A DNA stretch of 64,000 nucleotides from Octopus bimaculoides (lineage: Eukaryota). The position numbers and the translations under genes were made by a program. The notes under the pieces were generated by a model. It ran no database searches. It saw nothing but the letters and a program-made list of their open reading frames with translations, and had not been told where the DNA came from. Shown one piece after another: positions 13,701 to 27,488 of this stretch (within the stretch, counting starts at the first letter, position 1; each line of letters begins with the position of its first letter). The stretch covers positions 21,973,425-22,037,424 of the forward strand of contig NC_068985.1 in the NCBI RefSeq assembly GCF_001194135.2, read 5' to 3'.

Positions 13701-16471
13701 ATGATGACACCAACAATGGTGATAATGATGACGACTAAGCTAAGTGCCTTACAATATTTAGTTATGTCCTTTTATATTTTGAGTTCAAATATTGTTTGGA
13801 TTGATTTTACTTTTTATTCTCATGGAAATCATAAAATAAACACCAGTTATGTACTAGATTTGAGGCAATTGACAATAGCACCCTCCTATAAATTTTCTTT
13901 TTGGTGGGAAAGGGGAGAAGGAGGAAACATCCAATGCAAGAACATATTGTTACCCTCTTCACTGTAATCCTCATCATCATGATAACAGACAAAGAGTAAT
14001 GAAAACCCCTAGAAGGAACTGTTACCAACAAATGTATTTTGCAACATAAGATGGTTTTGAAATTAAATCAACAGCAATGTATTTTGCAAAACCATGATTG
14101 TTACTCAAAGAAATCATTTACCAGTTCCCTTTTGTTAAGATATCCATACATTAGAATATATTTTCTCTTCATGTTGAACATACTTCTTTCACTGATTATC
14201 TATAGATTACAGAAGCCTTTTCAATTGTTTAGAATTGCCATCATATGAATTGAAAAATTCGTCTTTCAACATGATTTTCTCATCTCACACTTAACAGGAA
14301 TATGAGAAATGAAATAGCATCTACATTATATTGAGATTGCCTACCCAGCCTATCAATATGATGAAAGATGTTTTATCATTGTTGTTTAATAAACAACAAT
14401 GGTAAATCATATCAAAAAAGGCTAACTTAGTTTTTCAAGGTTAAACAAAAATATCTTGAGTCAGTTCTGAATAAACAAACCATAAGCAAATGCATAGGAG
14501 CAAGCCTTTGCTTTCTACAGATATAAAATATCTTATATGCCAATTTTTGGATGAACAGCACTGTTCAATCAGTCATTAGAAATAGCCATCATGTTTTTAT
14601 TGCAAGCATTTAAGACACTATTTCCATTATAAAGATGGTAAGGGAGTTTGTTGATGGAAGATTTCAATACTGTATTGCTGGTTTGGGCATTTGTGCAGAA
14701 GATCCCTTTTCGGCATTATTTCTTCACTTACTTCTGACAAAATCAAACATTTATAAATTTTTTGCAAGTTTCAGACAGCGGCTATGCTGGAGTACTTCAA
14801 AGATTTAGTCACTCATATAGACTCCATATCTTTGTTTAGTGTTTATTTTATTGATCATGTAGGATACAACAGTTAAGTTGACCATGGCATAACTCAAACA
14901 AAACTAAACACCACAGTGTACTTATACTCAACATATCAGTTTTCTTTGACTTCCCAACACCACTATACATTTATATATATGCACATATGATGCTCTTTCA
15001 CACAGCTTCTGACTGTACCAAATTTCCCTCACAGTATTTTAGTTGAATCGAGGTAATGGTAAAAGAAACTTGTACAAAGTCCCATACAGAAAGATTAAAC
15101 CTCAAATGATTGAGAAAAAAACTTCTTAACCACACAGCCATATCTACACCTACATAGCTACTTGAGTTATGAAAACTTTCTTTACAGTCATATAACAGAG
15201 TTTGCTATGGTTATGTCTTGAAGAAAAGAAAAACAGTGCTTTGTTTATTAATTTATTAGTACACTGATGCTACAGAAAGAATGGTTATTTATAAAAAATT
15301 TTTTAATTTTCTTAATTTTTGGACAATGTAATTTGTGCTTCTTTTCATCACCATGGGAAAATGTTAAACTAATAGAGTAAAGATGCAATGCAGTAATTTT
15401 TAATTTATTTTTAATTATATCAACTACTTCATTACTCCATTATTAAAAGAACTTAAATCATTAAAAATTTGATGAAAGCATATTTTCCTAAAAGTTGTCT
15501 TATAATGTTTAGAGACAAAAAAAACTTATTCTTCGTCAATAGACTAAACTCTTTCTGAATTACCAAATATGCTTACATAGATCACTGTGAACAGAGACAA
15601 ATAAAAATATATTTGATTTTCCACAAAGAAATATTGTCTTAGATTGCTGTTCTTCATTTGTTGGGTCATTTTGATTACTTGAGTTATTTAGAAACAATGA
15701 GCAAATGTGCATCTAGTTAATCTAGTTCACTTATAAATACTTTTGTAATTTGTAGAATGCATACCGATATAGCATCTATACAATAATTACCTTAACAGAG
15801 TAGCAATTATTTGAAGAACAAAGATATATAATTGTATGTATGTATATGTGTGTGTATGTGTGTGTGTGTGTGTGTATGTGTGTGTGTGTATGTATGTATG
15901 TATGTACGTATGGACAGCCGGATGGATGGATGGATAGATATGTACTGGTTTCTATTCATTTCCTATACATTTTAAATTGAAAAAAAAACTGTAATCTAAG
16001 GGATTTTCTAAAGAAGTCAGCATAAAATAAAATTAACTATATAATAATAATAGAATACAGATGAGACTGGAAAAGAAATATGAGGAAACAAAGGAAATAA
16101 AGAAAGAGAAAAAGTGTACATGAACAAGAAAAATATTTTTAAAAAAAACTTTCACTAAATTGCATTGATAGAGTTTGATAAAAATTATTTTTTGTTTTAT
16201 AGTGTGGAAAACAGAAATCTACAAAATTGAAATACTAAAGACTTTGTAAAATAAAAATTTATTGTATTGGCACAAGGCCACAATTCTTAAGGGAGAAAAA
16301 GTAACAGTGTAGTACAATCAACTATCACTCATCAGTGAACATGGCTTGGTAACATGTACCATACTTCCATGAATTCTTTTAAATGCTTCTGTTGTCATGA
16401 GAAGACATAGACATCACTTTAGTTTTCTTTATCCTTAACACAATGGTATGTTCAAGATATCACACTTGGAG

Positions 16472-17100
16472 ATCATCATCATCATCATCATCATCGTTTA
16501 ACGTCCGCTTTCCATGCTAGCATGGGTTGGACGATTTGACTGAGGACTGGTGAAACCGGATGGCAACACCAGGCTCCAGTCTGATTTGGCAGAGTTTCTA
16601 CAGCTGGATGCCCTTCCTAACGCCAACCACTCAGAGAGTGTAGTGGGTGCTTTTACGTGTCACCCGCACGAAAACGGCCACGCTCGAAATGGTGTCTTTT
16701 ATGTGCCACCCGCACAANNNNNNNNNNNNNNNNNNNNNNNNNNNNNNNNNNNNNNNNNNNNNNNNNNNNNNNNNNNNNNNNNNNNNNNNNNNNNNNNNNN
16801 NNNNNNNNNNNNNNNNNNNNAAGCCAGTCCAGGGGCACTGGCAACGATCTCGCTCGAAAATCCTACAGGAGCCAGTCAGGCGGTACTGGCAACGGCCACG
16901 CTCAAAATGGTGCATCTCATGTGCCACCCGCACAAGAACCAGTCCAGGGGCACTGGCAACGATCTTACTTGGCTTGCCGGGTCTTCTCACGCACAGCCCA
17001 TTTCCAAAGGTCTCGGTCCGTAGTCATCGCCTCGGTGAGGCCCAATGTCATCGCCTCGGTGAGGCCCAATGTAGTCATCGCCTCGGTGAGGCCCAATGTG
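16472..17100 (-). mobile_element. Young 5'-truncated RTE LINE copy (ORF end, repetitive 3' UTR, (GAT)n tail)
   Basis: Minus strand encodes LGLTEAMT...DRDLWKWAVREKTRQAK*. CpGs are retained. Possible 7-bp TSD TGGAGAT at 16467-16473 and 17099-17105. N gap inside the element. Confidence 0.85.
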
Positions 17101-17135
<35 letters not shown>

Positions 17136-17593
17136 TAGCACCTAGTTGGAGCATATTGCAGCTGAGTATGGTAGAAAAATGAGAAATGAAGTACCTGGTT
17201 CTAGAATACAATGCACTACTTGGTCTAGGAACTGAACCAACAACCTTATGATTATGAACTGGAACTCATAACCACTGCACCACATGCCTTCACAAGGAAA
17301 GGTAACAGATTGAATCACTCAGATAATATGACAGGGTTTTTCATTTTTATACACGCGTGCACACATATACATATATAGAATGGCCTTCTTTCAGTTTCCA
17401 TCCACCAAATCTATTTGCAAAGCTTTGGTAGGCCTGAGGTAATAGTAAAAAACACTTGTTCAAGGTGCTGTACAGTGAGATTGAACACAAAACCATGCAG
17501 TTAGGAAGTGAACTTCTTAACAACAAAGCCATACCTGTGTGTACATACATACCTACATACATACATACAAGCATGCATGCATACAAGCATGCA

Positions 17594-17652
<59 letters not shown>

Positions 17653-17685
17653 AGTTTACAATCAGTATTTATGTATGTATGTATG

Positions 17686-17748
<63 letters not shown>

Positions 17749-18761
17749 ATGTGTATATATATATATATGGTTAGATTGTTTAGGTAACAAAAGATATCAA
17801 CAACTTCTATGGAGCCTTCTAAGCTTTGGAAAGAATTATTTTATTGGTGCTATGACTGCTAGCTATTCCTGTACATCTGACACATACAAAGTCTTTATTC
17901 ACTTTCAGCTTGCTTGTGATCCCATACACTTATTGTGCACGTATAGTTCACACCGGAGTTTTTACCTATTTCTTTACTGCATAATGAACACAACTTTTTT
18001 TTTTCATACATGTATGTATATTTGGGATGGCAGCTTAGGCAATACTGTCGACTTTGAAAGGATGAAAGGGAGAGTTGACTACATTGAGATTTGAACATAG
18101 AACATAAAGAGCTAGAAAAAAAAATACCGCAAGGCATTTTTTTTCTGACACTCCAGCAATTCTGCCAATCGACTTCTCATGATGATGATGATGATGATGA
18201 TCTAGACATGTCTTTCTCTTCCATTACAGGTGTGGTAGCTAGGACTTGCAGTAGTAATAGGGGTTATTGAGAAGATTTTCTACAGACTTGTCACTAACAA
18301 CAATTTAAAGCTGCATTCCACTTTGAACAACAATGAATAAGGAATAATAATTAGCTAGGAATTTCATGAATTCCACCTTACAAAATCTCTCTCTAATGGA
18401 AGCATAGGAAGAGTGGAGGGGAGGGGGTATGTTGTATTATTATTTTAAATATAGAAAACATTGGAAAAGAGCTGTGGGGTGGGGGGTCGAGATGTGAGTG
18501 GAGAGAAAGTTTTCAACCACTGTTATCAGTCAGTCTCTGTTATTTGTTAGGTGCCTGCTATTTAAAGCAAACAAACAACAAAACATAATTCCATAACAAT
18601 CATGGCTTACAGTGAGTCATAGATATAGTAAATAAATAAATAAATAAATAATTTGTGTCTGGTTTAGAAATTCTGGACAACTGAGCAAGAGCATGTACAG
18701 TGTACGCATAATTGGAAAATTCTACATAATCAAGATTTTCCCACAAAAAAAAAAGGACACA

Positions 18762-18808
<47 letters not shown>

Positions 18809-19239
18809 NNNNNNNNNNNNNNNNNNNNNNNNNNNNNNNNNNNNNNNNNNNNNNNNNNNNNNNNNNNNNNNNNNNNNNNNNNNNNNNNNNNNNNNNNNNN
18901 NNNNNNNNNNNNNNNNNNNNNNNNNNNNNNNNNNNNNNNNNNNNNNNNNNNNNNNNNNNNNNNNNNNNNNNNNNNNNNNNNNNNNNNNNNNNNNNNNNNN
19001 NNNNNNNNNNNNNNNNNNNNNNNNNNNNNNNNNNNNNNNNNNNNNNNNNNNNNNNNNNNNNNNNNNNNNNNNNNNNNNNNNNNNNNNNNNNNNNNNNNNN
19101 NNNNNNNNNNNNNNNNNNNNNNNNNNAGAGAGTGATGAATTAGTGATGAATTAGTCCATTTTGACAATTTCATCTGGACTTCAATATTCTTATAACAAAT
19201 ATCCAACATTTTTCTGGGATTCCAAGCAACAAGCAAAAT

Positions 19240-19745
19240 AATCAACAGTATATTGATGGTTTCATGTTCCTCTTCAAGACCTTATGTGACAGTCATTTCA
19301 ATGGTACCAGCCTACTAGCACTCTTATATGCAAGTGAGATGTGGATTACGATATGGAACAAAGAATATCAATTGTCTATGGCATAAAAGGCCATGGAAAG
19401 ATCCATACTAGGAATATCATTGTGAGAGCATATCTGAAATGAGGTCATTCGTGAATGGAGCAGAATAAATGATGTGATCACAGAGTATTGAAAGTACAAG
19501 TTCTGCTGGGCAGGGCATATCACTGGGTCCACAGATAACAAATGGACCTATGTAGTTGCTGAGTGTTGTCCAAGAAATCAGAAAAGGCCATTCAGAAGGC
19601 CCCCATAAGAATGAGAAAATGATTTAGCCAAACGATTTGAACTAAGATGAAAATAAAGTGCATAATCAAGAAGGAATTGGTGCATTGTAACCAGTGGTGT
19701 ATAACATCTGATAGTCTGACCAATACAAGTGATACAAGTGATATT
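19240..19745 (+). mobile_element. RTE LINE 3' fragment, second lineage (GATACAAGT-type tail)
   Basis: LLYASEMW...AMERSILGISL*EHI*NEVIRE...FCWAGHI...DNKWT...PRNQKRPFRRPP in one frame with stops; ends in tandem ATACAAGTGATACAAGTGATA. Confidence 0.85.
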
Positions 19746-20122
19746 GATGCATACACTGTTATCTTCTGTCTCACAAGGGAAATCTTATAATATTCACCAT
19801 ACTGTATGGGTTTAGCTTTTTAATACTAACTGGTCATAGATAAAGAAACTAAAAGTTACCATGAGACAAACATTTTATGGATAAGGTTCATTATGATTAA
19901 AAATTAAGAAAAAAATATCAGGTGTTTAAATGCTCAAAATATTTTATGTTAAGCTTTCTTGCTCACACACACACACACATCTGTAAACAGGTATGTACAA
20001 TATTCATTATCCGTTTAGAAACCTATTATGTTAACTTCCCAATAAAAAAATCTATTGTAAATATTTCAACAATTTAATAGAAACCTAAATCTAACAGAAC
20101 ATGTAATTAGCATCAGTCCCTG

Positions 20123-20173
<51 letters not shown>

Positions 20174-21464
20174 TCCTTGTTTCTTTAAATGACTTAATTA
20201 GAGAAGAAAAGGTAACACTTGTTGACCTTTTGAAAGCCTCTGAGATGGGCAGGAGTATGTGAAGAAGTTATTCTCAGGTTGGAGATCTGACCTGAGTATG
20301 AAACAAAGGACCAGAAGGTGGAATTAAACTGAAGGATGGATTAAGCCTACCGTCCAGGAACAGGAATCAGTGGACTTCCAACACTTTCTGTCTATTAATT
20401 TTCCCTCACTAGACTTCACTCAACCTAAAGCTATGGAAGAAGATTCTTGACCAAGATGTTGTACAGTGGAATCGAACCTGCGACATATAGTTGTGAAACA
20501 AACTTCTTAACCACATGACCATGCCTGCAAGAATTAAATATCTAATACGACTATTAAGTATACAGTATTTTTTTTTTTTTTAAATTGACAGTCATTAAAA
20601 CTTCTTATAAAACTGTAAGAGCCAATTATTTCTGAGAAATAAAACTTACAAACTAACTCAAAATAATGTTGCACAGATACATATTATCAGTAATAAATTT
20701 TGGAGTTTCTAACTCAAATTTAAAGTTTATTTTTGTCTGGATTAGACTAAAACATCTCCAGGGAAATCTCTTTGAAAATGAAATAGTTGAAATATTTACA
20801 ACAGACTGATTTGTTGGTAGGTTTACATTATACAAATATAGGAAATCTAATTTTATTTTTTTATTGTTTTGTTACTATGACATTAAAGCTAAATTATAAG
20901 AAATCTTTTAAAATGAGATAGCTGAGGAATTGTCAAGATAGTATTTGTTAGTTGTCAACTTGTTTTCTTCAATTAACCATTCTGTATCCTTTAAAATAGA
21001 AACCCACCAAGAGTAGGCAATACTTCCAGATAAATAAATAAGCAGGAAAGATAAGAAAATAAGGACTTACCAAACAAATTTTCAAAATATCACTTACCTA
21101 AAATAAGAGAAATAAAGAAACAAATTAGAAGAGTAATTTATTTTTCAGACAGGATTAGATGTAGTGTGGAATTTTTTTAATGAAAAAATTTAATTAAAGT
21201 TTTAGAGGAACAAATTAGTAGATGACATGATTAGATAGTAAATATAAAATAGCTTAGAAGACAGAAACATGGCTACAACATCCATAACAAGAGGAATTCT
21301 GAAACAAAAATATTTCACTATTTAATCAGTGGAAAAGACAGACAAAGATCATCTGCTTTGTTAAATTAGTTTCCTTTAAAATAATAATGATAATAATGAT
21401 AATAATAATAATAATAATAAATAGTGAATGTCAACCCATTGCAATTAAACATGTAATAATGATA

Positions 21465-22020
21465 ATCCTTTCTACTATTGGCATAAGGCCTGAAATTATG
21501 GGGGAGGGGGTAGTCAATTACGTTGATCCCAGTACTCAACTGATACTAAATTTATTGACCTTGAAAGAGCGAAAAGCAAAGTTGACCTCAGCAGAATTTG
21601 AACTCAGAACATAAAAAACAGAAGAAATGCCGCTAAGCATTTCCCCTGGCATGCTAATGATTCTGCCAGCTTGCTGCCTTTTATGGTTTCAAATTTTGGC
21701 AAAAGACCAACATGTTTGGGGGAGGGGCTTAGTCAATTACATCGACCCCAGTGCGCAACTGGTACTTATTTTACTGACCCCAAAAAGATGAAAGGCAAAG
21801 TTAACTTCAGCAGAATTTGAACTCAGAATGTAAGGATAGCATTTTGCTCGGCATGCTAACAATTTTGTCAGCTCATTAATAATCCTTTTTAAGATAGGCA
21901 GAGAGGAGGCTAGTCAATTATATTTACCCCAGGGTTCAACTGGTACTTATTACACTGACACTGAACGGATGAAAATGGAACATAAAGAGCTGGAAGAAAT
22001 GCAGTTAAGCATTTTGTTCA
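21465..22020 (-). mobile_element. Cluster of three same-orientation copies of this SINE
   Basis: Three successive GACCCC-AGT...AACTGGTACT...AAAGGCAAAGTT blocks at about 21470, 21705 and 21905. Confidence 0.8.
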
Positions 22021-22403
22021 AAGCTTATTGTGTACAGTACTCAGGTACATTACATTTTGTGAGAAAAAGGTTAAAAGAGGGTACAAAATGCAGCAATATG
22101 TAAAGAAAGAAGGCACTGATAGCCGAAACTGCAAGCATATGTTATAGAATATATATGCTACTTCCAGCAACCCCTTTGAAGAGAACTTTGATAATTAAAA
22201 CTGTTTATTACAACAGAGGCTAAAGCACAAAAGAACAGTGTAGAGCATGCTAAGGTACATCAAGAGTAGTGTTGGTGAATTTCAGGAAGCTTGGAATTTT
22301 TGATGAATAAAGTGTCCTGAGAACTAGCAATTGACATGAGTGGTTCATTCCTTACGGCAACAGTTCTGAGCACAAGAAAAGGTTTTTGGAAGTCAGCGTG
22401 GCT

Positions 22404-22623
22404 GTTGCCAGTACCATCTGACTGGCCTTTGTGCCGGTGGCACGTAAAAGTACCCACTACACTCTCGGAGTGGTTGGCATTAGGAAGGGCATCCAGCTGT
22501 AGAAACTCTGCCAAACCAGATTGGAGCCTGGTGTAGCTATCTGGTTCACCAGTCCTCAGTCAAATCGTCCAACCCATGCTAGCATGGAAAGCGGACGTTA
22601 AACGATGATGATGATGATGATGA
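22404..22623 (+). mobile_element. RTE 3'-tail-only insertion
   Basis: Nearly identical to the tail of the 16.5 kb LINE copy; ends in (GAT)n. Others at about 560-650, 8240-8400, 9190-9310, 23843-24022, 27730-27930, 50345-50560, 52960-53200. Confidence 0.85.
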
Positions 22624-22939
22624 TAGATAGGTACAGTACTGCTTTTTGATTTTATAAGCAGCTTGAGCTTATAGTATCAATACTTTACATGCAACTTCTT
22701 ATAAACTTGATTCTTTTTTTCCAGCTTGTATTCCTGGAGTCAAGATTTATGAAAGGCAAAAAATCAAAAAGTTTATTGGTCAAGTACACTTCCAATAAAT
22801 ATTCTGCAAACAGTTTCCAAGACAATCTATTGAAATCAATAAAGATTAGTTGATTATGACTGGAAAATTATCAACCTGATAATTAAAGAAAAAAAAAGAC
22901 TATTTTTAATAACGGTATTTTCAAATCAACCTTTAAATG

Positions 22940-23200
22940 TTCATTCTAACTGCATCCCAGGTTTTCATAGTTGGCTTACCAGGCTGTACTCTCTTCCAGA
23001 ATATATCATCTAATCATATTACAAGTCCATACCAACCACCATGGCCAATATTTTCGATACCCAGTTATTTTCTCAACTCATTTTCACTGAAACTTTCACT
23101 CAAGCTGTCATTATATATATATCTAGCAGACTCTGCACAAATCATTCCAACTCCAATTTTAGGAGACTTTCTGAAATTGTAACCTATTTCCATTACTAAT
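22940..23200 (-). mobile_element. Old RTE LINE C-terminal relic
   Basis: ELRK*LGIENI...WYGLVI*LDD...GKPTMKTWDAVR resembles LGI...WYGHVMRMD...GRPRKTWDEV. Confidence 0.6.
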
Positions 23201-24043
23201 TATATATTCTACTTTAATCTGGAGAGAGAATCCCTAGATGCTATTAGAGGCTGTAATTTTCTAAATTTCTAGCCAACATGAAACCTAGATATTAAGCTAT
23301 AACTTGCTATCACTGGAACAAATTGTGCCATTTAGGTTATAGAATATATACGCTACTTCCAGCAATCTCTTTGAAGAGAACTTTGATAATTAAAACCATT
23401 TATTACATAAACTAAATTAAATAAATATATAGAATGGTGAAATTGACAAGATGAATTTTCAAAATCTATTTATCTAAGAAAGATTTTTTTCAAAGTAGAA
23501 AACTATATTAATGATATGCCTTGCCTTCAACTTGTTGATGGAGTAGCAAGGATATTGTCATGATGTATGACATTCTTAGATATTTTTTCTTTGAATTCAA
23601 AAAGCCCATTCCCCTCCAGGTCTGACTACAGCTGATTTCTTCCAGAAGAGAAGAAGAAAAGAACCAACCCCAGTACATGACTGGTACTTTATATATCAAC
23701 TCTGAAAGGATGAAAGGCAAAGTTGACCTCGGTGGAATTTGAACTCAGAGCACAGGAGCCAGAATGATAACCACAAAACAAGCTACCCAGAGGTGTAATG
23801 ACTGTCTATCAGCCACCATATCAATATACATGTGTGTGTGTGTAGCACCCACTACACTTTCAGAGTGGTTGGCGTTAGGTAGGGCATCCAGATGTAGAAA
23901 CTCTGCCAAATGAGACTGGAGCCTGGCATAGCCATCTGGTTTTCCAGTCCTCAGTCAAATCATCCAACCCATGCTAGCATGGAAAGCGGACGTTAAACAA
24001 TGATGATGATAATGATGATGATATGTATATGTATATGTATATG

Positions 24044-24083
<40 letters not shown>

Positions 24084-26269
24084 ATATATGTATGTGTATT
24101 TTCTGCATTTATTTTTCTTTTTAAGATAGATGTCGCTACCTAAGAGAAATTTATGTCAATGTTTAACTTCTCAGAATAAAAAGAAATTTTACAATTATGA
24201 AATTCAAAGGAAAGTTCCTAGGTCATCTATAACCTAAGTTATAAAGACTGTTGCTACTCTCTCATTTTCTCTCTCTCTCTTTCTCTCTTGTCTTTCCTCT
24301 CTCTCTCTCCCTTGTCCTTCCTCTCTCTCTCTCTCTCTCCCTTGTCTTTCTTCTCTCTCTCTTTCTTTTTCTCTCTCCTTTTTAATTACTAATGCTTTAA
24401 CCCAGAACATAAACACTTTAATAATAAATGAAGATATAACACTTTCCAGAGGTCAATCAAATAATAAAGAAACTCACTTTGGTGTTTTTAGAAATACTTT
24501 ATAAACGGGTAAAAATAAAAAAATAAAAATTAAAAATGTAAACAGATTTCAAAATATCTCTTTAACAATGTTAGATAACAAAAACAAAAAGAAAACAAAA
24601 ATGAAAAACAAAAAAAAAATCAACAGACGATATAGTTTGCTTTTTAGAAAACCACTTAATCGACAAATTACTTTAACAGTGCGTGTATGTAGAGGAGGAG
24701 ATGCAGATGGAAGAAGGGAAATCATTTAACTAGTATAACTTGGTGAAATTATATCAAGGATGTGTTTCTATAACTTCTGAAACTGAAGACATACATACTA
24801 AAATCACTGATTGAAAAACTGACATAATTTTCATTAAAGTGAAGTTGAACTTGCTGCTTTAATTATTGCAACGTCGGAACTTGTAAGAGTCACAGTTGAA
24901 ACTTAATAGATAAATGCACATCACATAATGTCTGAAGCAGTCAAAGGACACATGATAGTTGGTGGTGGTGATGTTGGTGATGGTGATGATAATGGCGGTG
25001 TAGGTGATGGTGATGGTGATGATAGTGGTGGTGTAGGTGATAGTAGTGGTGGTGAATATTAATGATATGAACACTGTATTAAGTTGTAAACAGAGCGTTC
25101 TTTTGATTAATTACATTAAAAAAAAAAATTTTTTCCCTTCTGAAAAGTTCATTCAATGTCTTCTAAGATTTGTGCAGGAAACAAATAAAAAAAAAAACAA
25201 AACAAAACAAGAAAAAAAGATTTATTTACAGAACCATCAATTCAAAGATAAAGAAAAGAAAAGAAAAAAGGAAGGTAGGGGAAAAGCATAAGCTGAAATG
25301 TTGAAATGTTTCATTTTCAGAGTTCATAAATCTAAATATGGATTGAAAATAAATGACTGGAACATCAGGAAATAAAAAGGTCATAATAAAATACACAATG
25401 TTGTAATTATTTAATGCTAAAACACTATAAATATTCACTAGTCTTTATAACTATTAATTGAAAAGAAGTTCGTTCTGAAATTGAAGTGATCTCTACTAAA
25501 TGCAAAGTAATTTCATCATGTTTGCAGGAAAGAGGAAGGAGGAAGAGAAGGTGAGAGAGAAGGAGAGATGGGGAGAGGGATTGCATGTGTGCTTGTGATG
25601 GCATGAGCGTGTGCATGTGTGTGTACGAGGAGAGGGAGGAAGGGTAAGTCATTATAAAATAATGGCTAAGATTTTAATATAAAAGACATTATAAGCACTG
25701 ATCATGGCCAAATAAAGTACAGGCCAGCCAACATGGCTTGAACTGCATATTTATCATATTCCAGGTAACTGTACCCACAATGTCTAACATAATCGAAGTT
25801 AAAATGTTAGCCATTTATTAATAATCACTCATATTCTTGGGAGTTAATTCTTGTTATAAATATTGAATGGCCATATGTGATACTTGTCTAAGAGAAAGAG
25901 TAGCAGAATAATAACCTATCGAAGTGACTGACAAATTATCTGCCAAACGAATGGGATATTTGAAGAGATAGAGGTGTTAGTTTACACCATAAACCATTTA
26001 TAGCTAAATTTGACAGAAGAACGTGGTTAAGTGCTCTCTATAATCACAAACACAGTAGGCCTGGACATGATAGATATGAATTTTAAGTCCTGTTAAAGAT
26101 CCAGATGTCCTTCACCAAATTAAGAACCACAACTCCAAAACGGAGTTATGTAGTTCTTAAAGGCCCATAGTAAAGAAACTGTAAAATCTAATACAAGTAA
26201 ATGACTACAATAGGAAATTGGATATGTTCAAAGATGAGTCAACAGCCACCAACATATATACATATATAC

Positions 26270-26307
<38 letters not shown>

Positions 26308-26964
26308 TGTGTGCGCGCGCGTGCGCTCATGCAGGCACAATTTGGTTGAATGGTTAAGAAGTTCACTTTACAGCCATAAAGTATCGTGTTCGGTCCCACT
26401 GCATAGCATCTTGGGCAAATGTCAGCAGTTTCAGAAATGAAACCAACAGAATAAATATTAGACCTCAGACTAAGTCCTGGGGGGGTCAATCTGTTCGACT
26501 AAAACCCCTCAAGGCAGTACCCCAGGATCCAATGACTGAAACAAGTAAAAGATAGATCTCAAAATGACCAGAAAGCATGTAACAACAACAGGGATGAAAA
26601 ATCACAGTCATATTTATACCTACTTACCATCTCTACTACTAATCTTGACAATAAATGGGAAGGAGTAGTTGCCATTAATCTATCACAAAAAATTCTGTTG
26701 GTAGCTAAATGCCCCCTCCCTCTCCTACTTACATCATGGATACAGTCTCATTCCCCACTGCCTCAGACTACAACTCTTAGCCTCACCCTCCACTTACATA
26801 GCAGAAGCAACCTTTATGCTCAGCTGGCTTACACCACAGTCATACACTCTCCTACATCACAAAGACAACCTTTATTCCTAGTGGTATTAGGCTACTGTTA
26901 TGAGTCCCCTAGATATAATTTTGAGAGGTGCTTCTCAGCCATAGTGATGACAATCCATCTTGGA

Positions 26965-27222
26965 CAATGGTTCTCAACCAGGATCTATATGGCCCTTAGG
27001 TGGAGGTCCTTTTAAGATTTTGTTGTTAAAATTTATGTACAATAAAAAGCTTATACATCTACAATACACAAATTATTTTAACTCTTTTACACAATTCCTA
27101 ATACTATTCAATTATAAAACTACAGTAGACTATTATTGTATACGGTGAATGGCTATGGAGGTCCAATAGAGTAAAATAGGAATTAAAGGGGTCCATAGGC
27201 AAAATATGGATGAGAACCACTG
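26965..27222. mobile_element. hAT MITE, same family
   Basis: CAATGGTTCTCAAC ... GATGAGAACCACTG termini; internal sequence similar to the neighbouring copy. Confidence 0.75.
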
Positions 27223-27247
27223 AGGTAGGAAGCTGGACACTCTAGAC

Positions 27248-27488
27248 CACTGGTCCTCAACTGGGGTCCATATAGTCCATCAATTGTTAAAATTGATGTG
27301 CAATAAATTGGTTATACTTCTACAATATAGAAAATATTCAAATTTTTTTCAATTCAATTCTTAATGATATTTAATTATAAAAATACAGTAGGATTAATTT
27401 TTAATATACAGTGAATGGCTATGGAAGTCCAATAGAATAAAATAGGTGCCAAAGAGGTTCATAAGCAAAATATGGTTGAGAAGCACTG
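27248..27488. mobile_element. hAT MITE, same family
   Basis: CACTGGTCCTCAAC ... GTTGAGAAGCACTG termini; flanks CTCTAGAC and ATCTAGAC. Confidence 0.8.

Noticed and set aside
16540-16560. CTGAGGA-CTGGT-GAAA in the RTE tail
   Set aside because: No stem II, and sister copies at 22.5 and 23.9 kb do not keep this spacing or GAAA.
17021-17100. CRISPR-like palindromic repeats
   Set aside because: No spacers, eukaryotic context, and the unit is part of the RTE ORF end.
16550-17145. ORFs of 119-163 aa
   Set aside because: They run through an N gap and LINE 3' UTR repeats.
17456-18094. 212-aa ORF and similar YI/HT/CV/SL-rich ORFs across the window
   Set aside because: Translations of dinucleotide and trinucleotide microsatellites.
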